DNA of 39,294 nucleotides from UHGV virus genome UHGV-0210057. The stretch is one strand, 5' to 3'. Positions within the stretch are counted from its first letter, which is position 1. Each line of letters starts with the position of its first letter. The stretch comes from a virus. Shown here one piece after another: positions 1 to 8,815 of this stretch. A model generated the notes under the pieces. That model was not told the origin of the DNA and did no database searches. It saw only the letters and a list, made by a program, of their open reading frames with translations. The translations under genes and the position numbers were made by a program.

Positions 1-12
1 ATTTCCATTTCA

Positions 13-25
13 CGCTCTTTAACAA
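13..25 (+). promoter_or_regulatory. BoxA-like antitermination element in the nutR position (downstream of cro across the window wrap)
   Basis: CGCTCTTTAACAA matches rrn BoxA (TGCTCTTTAACAA) at 12/13 and the lambda nut BoxA core CGCTCTT; no BoxB-like GC hairpin follows before the ATG at 70. Confidence 0.4.
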
Positions 26-69
26 TAAGCAATCAACTTAACAGTCAATTCAAACTAAAGGAGTCAATT

Positions 70-609
70 ATGCAACCACTTACATACCAACAGACTAGCG
101 GATTTAGCCCGACTGCGGTGATAAATCGTTCTCAAATAAAACAGGTGCCAGGCCACGAAAAAATCCGTGATGCCGTTCGCGCCTGGTCGGCTGCAGATAA
201 TCAGGATGTTGTTGCCGCACTCATTGTGAATGAGTATCGGGAGCAGGGCGGCGGCACCATCGATTTCCCTGATGATGTCAGCCGTGCACGCCAGAAGCTG
301 TTCCGCTTCCTCGATAACAAATTCGATTCTGAAAAATACCGAAATAACGTGCGTGAACTGACCCCGGCAATTCTGGCGGTACTACCGCTGGAATATCGCG
401 GCCACCTGGTTGAGCAGGATAGCTTCATGGCTCGGCTGGCTGAAATGGAAAAGGAACTCTGTGAGGCAAAGCAGGCGGTCATTCTCAACGCACCACGCCA
501 CCAGAAACTGAAGGAGATGAGTGAAGGCATTGTGTCGATGTTTCGAGTGGACCCGGATCTGGCTGGTCCATTGATGGCGATGGTCACCACCATGCTGGGG
601 GCAATATGA
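70..609 (+). CDS. Hypothetical early protein in the cII position, possibly YdaT-family
   Basis: 179-aa ORF with AAGGAG RBS 7 nt upstream; sits between cro (window end) and O; family assignment is from memory only. Confidence 0.5.
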   Translation: MQPLTYQQTSGFSPTAVINRSQIKQVPGHEKIRDAVRAWSAADNQDVVAALIVNEYREQGGGTIDFPDDVSRARQKLFRFLDNKFDSEKYRNNVRELTPAILAVLPLEYRGHLVEQDSFMARLAEMEKELCEAKQAVILNAPRHQKLKEMSEGIVSMFRVDPDLAGPLMAMVTTMLGAI

Positions 610-695
610 CAGGTTCAAAAATGGCGAAAGTCGGTCTGCGGGAACAGAACCGACTTTCAGGTGCAAATCGTAACACACTCATTGCGGGAGGAATT

Positions 696-1625
696 ATGGC
701 AAACACTGCTGAGATATTCAATTTTCCAGTGCCGGATGCGGCACAAAAGGAGCGGCGCGTGGCAGATCTCGATGATGGTTATACGCGCATTGCAAATGAG
801 TTGCTGGAAGCTGTGATGCTGGCCGGATTAACACAGCACCAGCTTCTGGTCTTCCTGGCTGTCATGCGCAAAACATATGGCTTTAATAAAAAACTGGATT
901 GGGTGAGCAACGAGCAACTTTCCGAGTTGACCGGGATATTGCCGCACAAGTGTTCTGCTGCAAAAAGTGTTCTGGTAAAGCGTGGGATTTTTATTCAGAG
1001 TGGGCGGAATATCGGCATTAATAATGTGGTCAGTGAATGGTCAACATTACCCGAATCAGGTAAGAAAAATAAAGTTTACCTGAAAGAGGTAAATTTACCT
1101 GAATCAGGTAAGAAAAGTTTACCCAAATCAGGTAAAGGCGTTTACCCGAATCAGGTAAACACAAAAGACAAACTAACAAAAGACAATATAAAACCTTTTT
1201 CGTCCGAGAATTCTGGCGAATCCTCTGACCAGCCAGAAAACGACTTTCCTGTGGAGAAACTGGATGCTGCAATTCAGAGCGGCAGCAAGTGGGGGACAGC
1301 AGAAGACCTGACCGCCGCAGAGTGGATGTTTGACATGGTGAAGACTATCGCGCCATCAGCCAGAAAACCGAATTTTGCAGGGTGGGCTAACGATATCCGC
1401 CTGATGCGTGAACGTGACGGACGTAACCACCGCGACATGTGCGTGCTGTTCCGCTGGGCATGCCAGGACAACTTCTGGTCTGGTAACGTGCTGAGCCCGG
1501 CCAAACTTCGCGATAAGTGGACCCAGCTCGAAATCAACCGTAACAAGCAACAGGCTGGCGTGACAGTCAGCAAACCAAAACTCGACCTGACAAACATTGA
1601 CTGGATTTACGGGGTGGATCTATGA
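696..1625 (+). CDS. O: Lambda O-like replication initiator
   Basis: From MANTAEIFNF the protein aligns with lambda O N-terminus (VADLDDGY..RKTYG..SEW); GGGAGG RBS before ATG at 696; iterons embedded in the linker; stop overlaps P start. Confidence 0.9.
   Translation: MANTAEIFNFPVPDAAQKERRVADLDDGYTRIANELLEAVMLAGLTQHQLLVFLAVMRKTYGFNKKLDWVSNEQLSELTGILPHKCSAAKSVLVKRGIFIQSGRNIGINNVVSEWSTLPESGKKNKVYLKEVNLPESGKKSLPKSGKGVYPNQVNTKDKLTKDNIKPFSSENSGESSDQPENDFPVEKLDAAIQSGSKWGTAEDLTAAEWMFDMVKTIAPSARKPNFAGWANDIRLMRERDGRNHRDMCVLFRWACQDNFWSGNVLSPAKLRDKWTQLEINRNKQQAGVTVSKPKLDLTNIDWIYGVDL
1047..1159. repeat. Origin iterons (ori-lambda-like) inside the O gene
   Basis: Five 17-19 bp repeats of TTTACC(C/T)GAATCAGGTAA(A/G), each an internal palindrome (TTACC..GGTAA), at about 1047-1063, 1075-1093, 1094-1112, 1118-1136, 1141-1159, followed by an AT-rich stretch; they encode the repeated LPESGKK motif. 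Confidence 0.8.
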
Positions 1626-2323
1626 AAAACATCGCCGTACAGATGGTTAACTTTGACCGTGAGCAGATGCGCCGGATCGCCAACAACATGCCGGAACATT
1701 ATGACGAAAAGCCGCAGGTACAGCAGGTAGCGCAGATCATCAACGGTGTGTTCAGCCAGTTGCTGGCAACTTTCCCGGCGAGCCTGGCTAACCGTGACCA
1801 GAACGAACTGAACGAAATTCGCCGCCAGTGGGTTCTGGCTTTCCGGGAAAACGGGATCACCACAATGGAACAGGTTAACGCAGGAATGCGCGTAGCCCGT
1901 CGGCAGAATCGACCATTCCTGCCATCACCCGGGCAGTTTGTCGCCTGGTGCCGGGAAGAAGCATCCGTTAACGCCGGGCTGCCAAACGTCAGCGAGTTGG
2001 TTGATATGGTTTACGAGTATTGCCGGAAGCGTGGCCTGTATCCGGATGCAGAGTCTTATCCGTGGAAATCGAACGCGCATTACTGGTTGGTTACCAACTT
2101 GTACCAGAACATGCGGGCCAATGCGCTGACTGACGCGGAATTACGGCGCAAGGCTGCCGATGAACTGACCTGTATGACAGCGCGAATTAACCGTGGTGAG
2201 ACGATACCTGAACCAGTAAAACAACTTCCTGTTATGGGCGGTAGACCTCTAAATCGTGCACAGGCTCTGGCGAAGATCGCAGAAATCAAAGCTAAGTTTG
2301 GGCTGAAAGGAGCAAGGGTATGA
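1622..2323 (+). CDS. P: Lambda P-like replication protein (DnaB helicase loader)
   Basis: 233 aa, near-identical along its length to lambda P as recalled (MKNIA.QMVNFDREQMRRIANNMPE...); ATGA overlap with O stop. Confidence 0.95.
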   Translation: MKNIAVQMVNFDREQMRRIANNMPEHYDEKPQVQQVAQIINGVFSQLLATFPASLANRDQNELNEIRRQWVLAFRENGITTMEQVNAGMRVARRQNRPFLPSPGQFVAWCREEASVNAGLPNVSELVDMVYEYCRKRGLYPDAESYPWKSNAHYWLVTNLYQNMRANALTDAELRRKAADELTCMTARINRGETIPEPVKQLPVMGGRPLNRAQALAKIAEIKAKFGLKGARV

Positions 2324-2622
2324 CGGGCAAAGAGGCAATTATTCATTACCTGGGGACTCATAAGAACTTCTGTGCGCAGGACGTTGCCGTGGTAACAGGC
2401 GCAACCGTAACCAGCATAAATCAGGCTGCGGCTAAAATGGCACGGGCAGGTCTTCTGGTTATCGAAGGTAAGGTCTGGCGAACGGTGTATTACCGGTTTG
2501 CTACTAGGGAAGAACGGGAAGGAAAGATGAGCACGAACCTGATTTTTAAGGAGTGTCGCCAGAGTGCCGCGATGAAACGGGTATTGAGGGTATATAAAAG
2601 AACATCAATGGGTACACAATGA
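2320..2622 (+). CDS. ren: Ren-like protein
   Basis: 100 aa beginning MTGKEAIIHYLGTH, matching lambda Ren as recalled; directly follows P with overlap. Confidence 0.85.
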   Translation: MTGKEAIIHYLGTHKNFCAQDVAVVTGATVTSINQAAAKMARAGLLVIEGKVWRTVYYRFATREEREGKMSTNLIFKECRQSAAMKRVLRVYKRTSMGTQ

Positions 2623-2689
2623 TGAAACAGATGAGTTGAGTTCAAACTGTAGTACAATTCTCTCCAGTTTGAACAGGAAAGAATATGCT

Positions 2690-3022
2690 ATGAATCCTTA
2701 TATTTATCTTGGTGGTGCAATACTTGCAGAGGTCATTGGTACAACCTTAATGAAGTTTTCAGAAGGTTTTACACGGTTATGGCCATCTGTTGGTACAATT
2801 ATTTGTTATTGTGCATCATTCTGGTTATTAGCTCAGACGCTGGCTTATATTCCTACAGGGATTGCTTATGCTATCTGGTCAGGAGTCGGTATTGTCCTGA
2901 TTAGCTTACTATCATGGGGATTTTTCGGCCAACGGCTGGACCTGCCAGCTATTATAGGCATGATGTTGATTTGTGCCGGTGTGTTGGTTATTAATTTATT
3001 TTCACGAAGCACACCACATTAA
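2690..3022 (+). CDS. emrE: SMR-family multidrug efflux transporter EmrE
   Basis: 110 aa from MNPYIYLGGAILAEVIGTTLMKFSEGF, four predicted TM helices; same position as emrE in the DLP12 prophage; AT-rich relative to neighbours. Confidence 0.85.
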   Translation: MNPYIYLGGAILAEVIGTTLMKFSEGFTRLWPSVGTIICYCASFWLLAQTLAYIPTGIAYAIWSGVGIVLISLLSWGFFGQRLDLPAIIGMMLICAGVLVINLFSRSTPH

Positions 3023-3055
3023 AAATAATTTCTTTTGAATCGAGTGAAATAGGTT

Positions 3056-3082
3056 AGCCCGCATAAGTGCGGGCTGCTTTTT
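3056..3082. terminator. Rho-independent terminator after emrE (bidirectional, shared with the convergent esterase gene)
   Basis: AGCCCGCA-TAAG-TGCGGGCT hairpin followed by GCTTTTT; the T-run overlaps the esterase stop codon. Confidence 0.6.
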
Positions 3083-4124
3083 ACAGGTCAGCGTTTGTTT
3101 TTTGTTGTTGGGTAGCGGTTTTTATGGGGGTTCCCAGTTTTTTAGTAAACCACTCAACAACTCTGTTTATAATAATTGGCTGATACCATGTATTATCGCC
3201 ATGCTCAGCCCCTTCTACCAGAACGTACTCAGCGTTATCGCCGTTCTTCTTCAACATCCTGAATAGTTTGGCGCTTTGCTCAGGTGAAACCAGAGTGTCT
3301 TTGCTACCATGCATAATAAGAAATGGGGGTTTTACTCCTTTCATATGTCCGATTGGACTGGCGTTTAGCGCTTTTTCTTTTGACGCTGTTATGGGGGCTC
3401 CCGCAAAACTTCTGAATGCAGGGCCATTGATCATTAAGGCTTCGGTTACGGCAGGAGATCGATGAACCTCCTGCACAGATTCAGGGAACCCCTCGCCAAT
3501 ATTCAACAAGTCAGAAATCCCATAAAGTGTGGCAACTGCCTGAACATCTGCTGATTGCTGAAGAAAGTCACCTTTATCAAAGGTTTTGTCACCATTTGTA
3601 GTTCCCATCATCTGGGCAAGCCATCCACCGGCAGAGTCACCCAGAACTCCGATTCTTTGAGGATCAATCCCATAATCGCTGGCATGTTCTCTCAAGTAAC
3701 GTATTGCAGCTTTCCCATCCTCAACTGGTGCTGGAAATGTATCAGGAATTGTTCTGTATTCTACAGCGGCCACAACAAAACCAGCTTCAGCCAGAGCCAT
3801 TCTCATTTCAATAAATTTGTCATGTTCAGAAGACATGAATCCGCCGCCGGGATAATAAATAATGGCTGGTTTTAAATCATTTGTTCGTGGGACAAGAACT
3901 GACATGTGAAGCTGTCTGACAGAACGAGTTCCTTTTATCTGGGAATAAACAACATCACCAATGAGATCGACCTGGTTTCTGGTCGGTGAAACACTAATGA
4001 TATCTGCACCCGGGGTGTAACCAGGAAGATTAGTCTGGACAGGTGTTGCACAACTCCCGACCGACATGGCCATTGACATACCATACAATAGTGTTGCAGA
4101 TGATAATATCTTGTTAATTTTCAT
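3081..4124 (-). CDS. Secreted or lipoprotein alpha/beta-hydrolase (esterase/lipase-like)
   Basis: 347 aa; N-terminal signal peptide with possible lipobox (MSMAMSVGSC); GDSAGG nucleophile motif and HGSKD; opposite strand to flanking phage genes with its own terminator (moron organisation). Confidence 0.75.
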   Translation of the reverse strand: MKINKILSSATLLYGMSMAMSVGSCATPVQTNLPGYTPGADIISVSPTRNQVDLIGDVVYSQIKGTRSVRQLHMSVLVPRTNDLKPAIIYYPGGGFMSSEHDKFIEMRMALAEAGFVVAAVEYRTIPDTFPAPVEDGKAAIRYLREHASDYGIDPQRIGVLGDSAGGWLAQMMGTTNGDKTFDKGDFLQQSADVQAVATLYGISDLLNIGEGFPESVQEVHRSPAVTEALMINGPAFRSFAGAPITASKEKALNASPIGHMKGVKPPFLIMHGSKDTLVSPEQSAKLFRMLKKNGDNAEYVLVEGAEHGDNTWYQPIIINRVVEWFTKKLGTPIKTATQQQKTNADL

Positions 4125-4571
4125 GTTTTACATGCCTTGACTTATCGGATGAAATTCTCTTACTGAATTTAACGGCAGTTTAATAGCCGTACAACTCGTG
4201 GTAGCTAGGGAAATATCCCAGTCGTGGTTAAGGTTGTACTTGACGGCTATTATTTCAACAATGCTTAAAGTGAGAGCTTAAGGTTATGCGTATGTTTTAC
4301 AGTCCGAGTAGATTCTGACCAATAGCTTCTTTGTATGATTCTGTCAGAAATAAATCTTGGCTTGCATGAAGTTTGAGACCTTATCTTGTTTGATTATGAA
4401 TAATCAATTCGCCATAATTGTATCACCGGAGCCTGAACAACTTCGGTGACTTCTGCGCTAAACGGGGACGTTTATGCGCACACACAATCCAAACTCTCTT
4501 CTCCCTTCACAGATGCAGAAATGCACCTGCGTTTTTTTGCATCCAGCGTCTGACCTCTGTGGAGGTGAAGC

Positions 4572-5027
4572 GTGAACCTACCACAAGATGGCATCAAACT
4601 GCATCGCGGTAACTTCACCGCTATCGGTCAGCAGATCCAGCCTTATCTGGAGGACGGCAAATGCTTTCGCATGGTGCTTAAACCGTGGCGCGAGAGACGC
4701 AGTCTTTCCCAGAATGCACTTAGCCACATGTGGTACAGCGAAATCAGTGAATACCTCATAAGCAGGGGGAAATCGTTCGCTACTGCAGCATGGGTAAAAG
4801 ATGCTCTCAAACACACATACCTCGGTTATGAAACCAAAGACCTGGTTGATGTCGTAACCGGTGAAATCACCACTATTCAGTCGTTACGCCATACCTCCGA
4901 TCTTGATACCGGAGAGATGTATGTCTTCCTGTGTAAGGTTGAAGCCTGGGCGATGAATATTGGCTGCCACCTGACTATTCCGCCGAGCTGCGAGTTCCAG
5001 CTGCTGCGCGACAAGCAGGAGGCGTAA
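4572..5027 (+). CDS. ybcN: NinB-family recombination protein (YbcN-like)
   Basis: 151 aa, GTG start with GGAGG RBS; [15 protein letters not shown]... and RSLSQN motif match DLP12 YbcN / lambda NinB as recalled. Confidence 0.8.
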   Translation: MNLPQDGIKLHRGNFTAIGQQIQPYLEDGKCFRMVLKPWRERRSLSQNALSHMWYSEISEYLISRGKSFATAAWVKDALKHTYLGYETKDLVDVVTGEITTIQSLRHTSDLDTGEMYVFLCKVEAWAMNIGCHLTIPPSCEFQLLRDKQEA

Positions 5028-5197
5028 TGGCTACACCGATTATTCGTGTCATGAACGGGCACATTTACAGAGTACCAAATCGTCGTAAGCGTAAACCTGA
5101 GCTGAAGCCTTCCGAAATACCAACACTGCTCGGATATACCGCCAGCCTGGTTGATAAAAAATGGTTGCGACTGGCAGCAAGGAGGAATCATGGCTGA
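5027..5197 (+). CDS. ninE: NinE-like protein
   Basis: 56-aa ORF (below the ORF-track cutoff) [32 protein letters not shown]..., translated by hand; TAATG overlap with ybcN stop. Confidence 0.7.
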   Translation: MATPIIRVMNGHIYRVPNRRKRKPELKPSEIPTLLGYTASLVDKKWLRLAARRNHG

Positions 5198-5480
5198 TTT
5201 GAGAAAAGCAGCGCGTGGTCGGGAATGCCAGGTAAGAATCCCTGGCGTATGTAATGGCAACCCTGAAACGTCTGTACTGGCACATATCCGGCTGGCTGGA
5301 TTGTGCGGCACCGGTATTAAACCGCCAGACCTTATTGCCACCATTGCCTGTTCTGCCTGTCACGACGAAATCGACCGCCGCACGCATTTTGTCGATGCTG
5401 AGTACGCAAAAGAATGCGCGCTGGAAGGTATGGCGAGAACGCAGGTTATCTGGCTGAAAGAGGGGGTAATCAAGGCGTGA
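5190..5480 (+). CDS. ybcO: YbcO-like (DUF1364) putative nuclease
   Basis: 96 aa from [23 protein letters not shown]... with Cys-rich motif; ATGGCTGA overlap with ninE stop. Confidence 0.75.
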   Translation: MADLRKAARGRECQVRIPGVCNGNPETSVLAHIRLAGLCGTGIKPPDLIATIACSACHDEIDRRTHFVDAEYAKECALEGMARTQVIWLKEGVIKA

Positions 5481-5839
5481 ATACTTACCACATCACACTA
5501 CCCTGGCCGCCGAGCAATAACCGCTACTACAGGCATAATCGCGGGCGCACGCACATCAGCGCAGAAGGGCAGGCATACCGTGATAACGTCGCCCGAATCA
5601 TTAAAGGCTCAATGCTGGATATCGGTCTGGCTATGCCTGTGAAAATCCGCATTGAGTGCCACATGCCGGATCGCCGTCGCCGTGACCTGGATAATCTGCA
5701 AAAAGCCGCTTTTGACGCACTCACTAAAGCAGGTTTCTGGCTGGATGATGAGCTGGTCGTTGATTACCGCGTTGTGAAGATGCCTGTTACCAAAGGTGGG
5801 AAGCTGGAACTGACCACTACTGAACTGGGAGATGAATGA
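5477..5839 (+). CDS. rusA: RusA Holliday-junction resolvase
   Basis: 120 aa from a GTG start ([26 protein letters not shown]...), near-identical to E. coli RusA as recalled; GTGA overlap with ybcO stop. Confidence 0.85.
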   Translation: MNTYHITLPWPPSNNRYYRHNRGRTHISAEGQAYRDNVARIIKGSMLDIGLAMPVKIRIECHMPDRRRRDLDNLQKAAFDALTKAGFWLDDELVVDYRVVKMPVTKGGKLELTTTELGDE

Positions 5840-5934
5840 TGTTTGAGTCTTATATGGCAGAACGTCTTCGCCGCCGCTGGGTGCGCCTGCGCTTATATCG
5901 TTTTATTGATTTTTGCTGGCAATTGGCGTGCTAG
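5836..5934 (+). CDS. Small YlcG-like ORF
   Basis: 32-aa [35 protein letters not shown] overlapping the rusA stop, in the DLP12 ylcG position; too short to be certain. Confidence 0.4.
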   Translation: MMFESYMAERLRRRWVRLRLYRFIDFCWQLAC

Positions 5935-5957
5935 CCTGATTTTTGTGGGGAAAGTTG

Positions 5958-6341
5958 ATGCGTGATATTCAGATGGTTCTTGAGCGTTGGGGGGCATGGG
6001 CGGCTAATAACCACGAGGATGTAACCTGGTCATCCATTGCTGCCGGTTTTAAGGGATTAATTCCTTCAAAAGTAAAGTCTCGCCCACAATGCTGTGATGA
6101 TGACGCGATGATTGTTTGTGGATGTATGGCTCGCCTGAAAAAGAACAATAGCTATTTGCATGATTTACTAGTGGATTATTATGTCGGGGGTATGACATTT
6201 ATGTCACTGGCAAGTAAGCATTGTTGCTCTGATGGTTATATCGGGAAAAAGTTACAGAAGGCTGAGGGAATAATTGAAGGGATGTTAATGGCATTAGATA
6301 TACGGTTAGAGATGGATATCGTTGTTACTAAGTCTAATTAA
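5958..6341 (+). CDS. quuD: Late-gene antiterminator Q (phage 82/21 QuuD-like)
   Basis: 127 aa from [22 protein letters not shown]... with Cys-rich zinc-binding region; located after the nin genes and before the lysis genes. Confidence 0.8.
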   Translation: MRDIQMVLERWGAWAANNHEDVTWSSIAAGFKGLIPSKVKSRPQCCDDDAMIVCGCMARLKKNNSYLHDLLVDYYVGGMTFMSLASKHCCSDGYIGKKLQKAEGIIEGMLMALDIRLEMDIVVTKSN

Positions 6342-6366
6342 TACGCTAATTATTTACTAAGTGTTA

Positions 6367-6393
6367 TTAAAAAAGGGGCGTAGAAACGCCCCC
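6367..6393 (-). terminator. Intrinsic terminator for the convergent porin transcript
   Basis: GGGGCG-TAGAAA-CGCCCC hairpin; on the minus strand it is followed by a TTTTTT run. Confidence 0.5.
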
Positions 6394-6482
6394 AAAAATA
6401 AAGGGTAATATATAACAGAAGGTTTATATAGTCAGAAGCAAGGTAGTGCTTCTAAAGGAAGTGGCTTGAGGGAGCCACTTAT

Positions 6483-6520
6483 ATGTTGGGGAGGCAAAGC
6501 CTCCCGCAACATATCTTTTT
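6483..6520 (+). terminator. Intrinsic terminator downstream of Q (tR'-like position)
   Basis: ATGTTGGGGAGGC-AAA-GCCTCCC(G)CAACAT extended hairpin followed by ATCTTTTT, about 140-180 nt after the Q stop, the spacing expected for a PR'-to-tR' leader. Confidence 0.5.
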
Positions 6521-6530
6521 CGTAACCAGA

Positions 6531-7628
6531 TTAGAACTGGTAAACCAGTCCTACGGCAACGATGTCGTCAGTGCTTACACCAAGTGCTTTAGTGAAGTCG
6601 TTTTTGTCAAGCAGGTTGATCTTGTAATCAACGAAAGTAGACATGTTTTTGTTGAAGTAATAAGTTGCACCTACATCAACATATTTGACTAAGTCCTGAT
6701 CGCCCCATACTCCAAGATCCTTACCTTTAGATTGCAGGTAAGCAACGGACGGACGCAGACCGAAATCGAACTGATATTGTGCAACAGCTTCGAAGTTTTG
6801 AGCTTTATTAGCAACGAAGTGATCAGCAAATACAGTCATATTCTGGGTTTCAGAATAGGTAGTGGCCAGGTAAATGTTGTTAGCGTCATATTTCAGACCT
6901 GCGGCCCAAATTTCTGCATTTTTACCGGAAGCAAATACTTCAGGAAGAACTTTGCCTGCATTGACTTGAGTGTCGGTACGATCAGATTTCGCATAAGTCG
7001 CACCAATGCCGAATCCTTCGTATTCATAGGTAGCAGAGAAACCGAATCCATCACCGTTACCTTCGGTGTAGTTATCGAAATCGCTACGATCGTTTTTACC
7101 TTGGTACTGAGCAGCAAAGTTCAGACCATCAACCAGACCAAAGAAGTCGTTGTTACGGTAAGTTGCAACACCAGTTGCACGTTGAGTCATGAACACGTCG
7201 GTTTGAGTCCAAGTATCACCACCGAATTCTGGCAGGACGTCAGTCCACGCACCGATGTCGTATGCTACACCGTAGTTACGACCGTAATCGATGGAACCGT
7301 AGTCACCGAATTTCAGGCCTGCAAATGCAAGACGGGTTTTGTCTTTGGCGGAACCTTGAGATTCAGCGCGGTTGCCTTTGAATTCATATTCCCACTGACC
7401 GAAACCAGTCAGTTGATCGTTGATTTGGGTTTCACCTTTGAAGCCCAGACGAACATAAGTAGTATCACCATCATCTGCATCGTTAGAGGAAAAGTAGTGC
7501 TTGGCATTAACTTTCCCGTACAGATCCAGCTTGTTACTGTCTTTATTATAAATTTCAGCTGCCTGAGCAGACATCGCCATCAGTACTGATGCAGCTACAG
7601 CAGAAATTGCCACTGTTAATTTTTTCAT
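6531..7628 (-). CDS. nmpC: OmpC-family general porin (NmpC/Lc-like), apparently intact
   Basis: 365 aa from [23 protein letters not shown] signal peptide; AEIYNKD..LDLYGK start, porin motifs and C-terminal ...VGLVYQF; same position and orientation as nmpC in DLP12. Confidence 0.9.
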   Translation of the reverse strand: MKKLTVAISAVAASVLMAMSAQAAEIYNKDSNKLDLYGKVNAKHYFSSNDADDGDTTYVRLGFKGETQINDQLTGFGQWEYEFKGNRAESQGSAKDKTRLAFAGLKFGDYGSIDYGRNYGVAYDIGAWTDVLPEFGGDTWTQTDVFMTQRATGVATYRNNDFFGLVDGLNFAAQYQGKNDRSDFDNYTEGNGDGFGFSATYEYEGFGIGATYAKSDRTDTQVNAGKVLPEVFASGKNAEIWAAGLKYDANNIYLATTYSETQNMTVFADHFVANKAQNFEAVAQYQFDFGLRPSVAYLQSKGKDLGVWGDQDLVKYVDVGATYYFNKNMSTFVDYKINLLDKNDFTKALGVSTDDIVAVGLVYQF

Positions 7629-7706
7629 CGTGAGCCCTTTTTTTGAACTATTATTAAAAAATGATGTCACTGCGCGATAAATATTCATCTAATCAATATG
7701 ATTATT

Positions 7707-8753
7707 TCAAGATGTTGTATGGGTCCACCACATATTGCAATTTTTATTCTCTTTTAAAATATATTCCACGGGCGTCATTAGTGCGAGCGCCTTGTGGGGT
7801 CTTTTGCTGTTATACAGCACCAGATATTCCGCCAGCTTCTGGTTAAATAGCGCCAGATCTTCAAAGAGTAAAATCTCATTAAATTCAATAAACTGCTCTC
7901 TTAACGTCCGGTTAAAACGTTCACAGATAGCGTTCATTTTTGGCGTGTAGGGATAGGTCCAGAGGTGTTTGATAGCGGCTTCCTGCAGCGTTTTGTCGAA
8001 GTTTCCCAGGAACTCTTTTCCGTTATCTGTGATTATCTGGCTGATACCGACCGGGAACAACCGGGCTGCGCGGCTGAAGAAGTGATTGACGATATCACTG
8101 TTGAGTGACGGCACAGCCAGCGCCAGCGCGTAATTGCTGCATTCGTCGATCATGGTGATGACATAGCGACGCAGTTCGCCCATTCTGAGCTCAATGGCGT
8201 CCATCCCAATGAGCTCACCTGTCTTTACCGGGCGGTAGTGCTTTGGCCTGCGGGGTTTGGCAGACCGCTTTTTGACAAGCAGTGCCTTCCCCCGCGATCC
8301 CAGACGCACAGGTATCATCCGCATTTTATCATGTGCGGCAGCGATCATTCTGCCGATGGTGGAAACACTCGGACAGGCCAGATAGCGCTGTTCGCACCAG
8401 GGCTTCAGGCGAACAAAAATCTGCTCTTTACCGAGGTTCGGCAGCTCTGTCCTGAGGCGTCGAATCTCTTTCAGCACATCGGGATGCCAGTGTTTTTTTC
8501 GTCGCACCAGAGGTGCCTTACTGTGCGGGATTAGCCCCTCAGGTCCTTCCTTGTTCAGTAACTGACGCCACCAGTAAAGCGTGCGGCAGGACACGCCAAA
8601 GGCTTCAGAAGCTGCAGAAATACCGTGTTTATCCCAGAAGTGCAGAGCCTTCATTCTCATTGTTGCTATATCAGCCATCACTGAAAGCCTCAACGCATAA
8701 TCGGCCGTTTGGTAGTACTTAGGATAGCCAACCATCAGATGCTGCATTTGCAT
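7707..8753 (-). CDS. IS transposase (single ORF with N-terminal HTH and rve/DDE integrase core; IS481-family-like)
   Basis: 348 aa; rve-type catalytic region (ITDNGKEF...YTPKMNAICERFNRTLREQ...YNSKRPHKAL); AAGGGGAG RBS before the start. Confidence 0.8.
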   Translation of the reverse strand: MQMQHLMVGYPKYYQTADYALRLSVMADIATMRMKALHFWDKHGISAASEAFGVSCRTLYWWRQLLNKEGPEGLIPHSKAPLVRRKKHWHPDVLKEIRRLRTELPNLGKEQIFVRLKPWCEQRYLACPSVSTIGRMIAAAHDKMRMIPVRLGSRGKALLVKKRSAKPRRPKHYRPVKTGELIGMDAIELRMGELRRYVITMIDECSNYALALAVPSLNSDIVNHFFSRAARLFPVGISQIITDNGKEFLGNFDKTLQEAAIKHLWTYPYTPKMNAICERFNRTLREQFIEFNEILLFEDLALFNQKLAEYLVLYNSKRPHKALALMTPVEYILKENKNCNMWWTHTTS

Positions 8754-8815
8754 AGTGCAATCTCCCCTTACTTATCCGGAGGCAATTGCAATATCTCTGT
8801 GAACTTACACAGATG
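7711..8815 (-). mobile_element. Insertion sequence (IS481-family-like), boundaries approximate
   Basis: Imperfect terminal inverted repeats with identical 11-bp core ATATTGCAATT at 7732-7742 and its reverse complement at 8784-8794; element about 1.1 kb with one transposase ORF; exact ends and target-site duplication not resolved. Confidence 0.55.

Noticed and set aside
1047-1159. Possible CRISPR-like repeat array
   Set aside because: Repeats are contiguous or nearly so, with no unique spacers, lie inside the O coding sequence and are followed by an AT-rich tract: ori iterons, not CRISPR.
4418-4612. 64-aa plus-strand ORF upstream of and overlapping the ybcN start
   Set aside because: No RBS, runs into the ybcN start in another frame and lies in the esterase upstream regulatory region; likely non-coding.
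6732-7589. 285-aa plus-strand ORF inside the porin gene
   Set aside because: Antisense shadow ORF of the well-supported porin CDS; low-complexity translation and no RBS.
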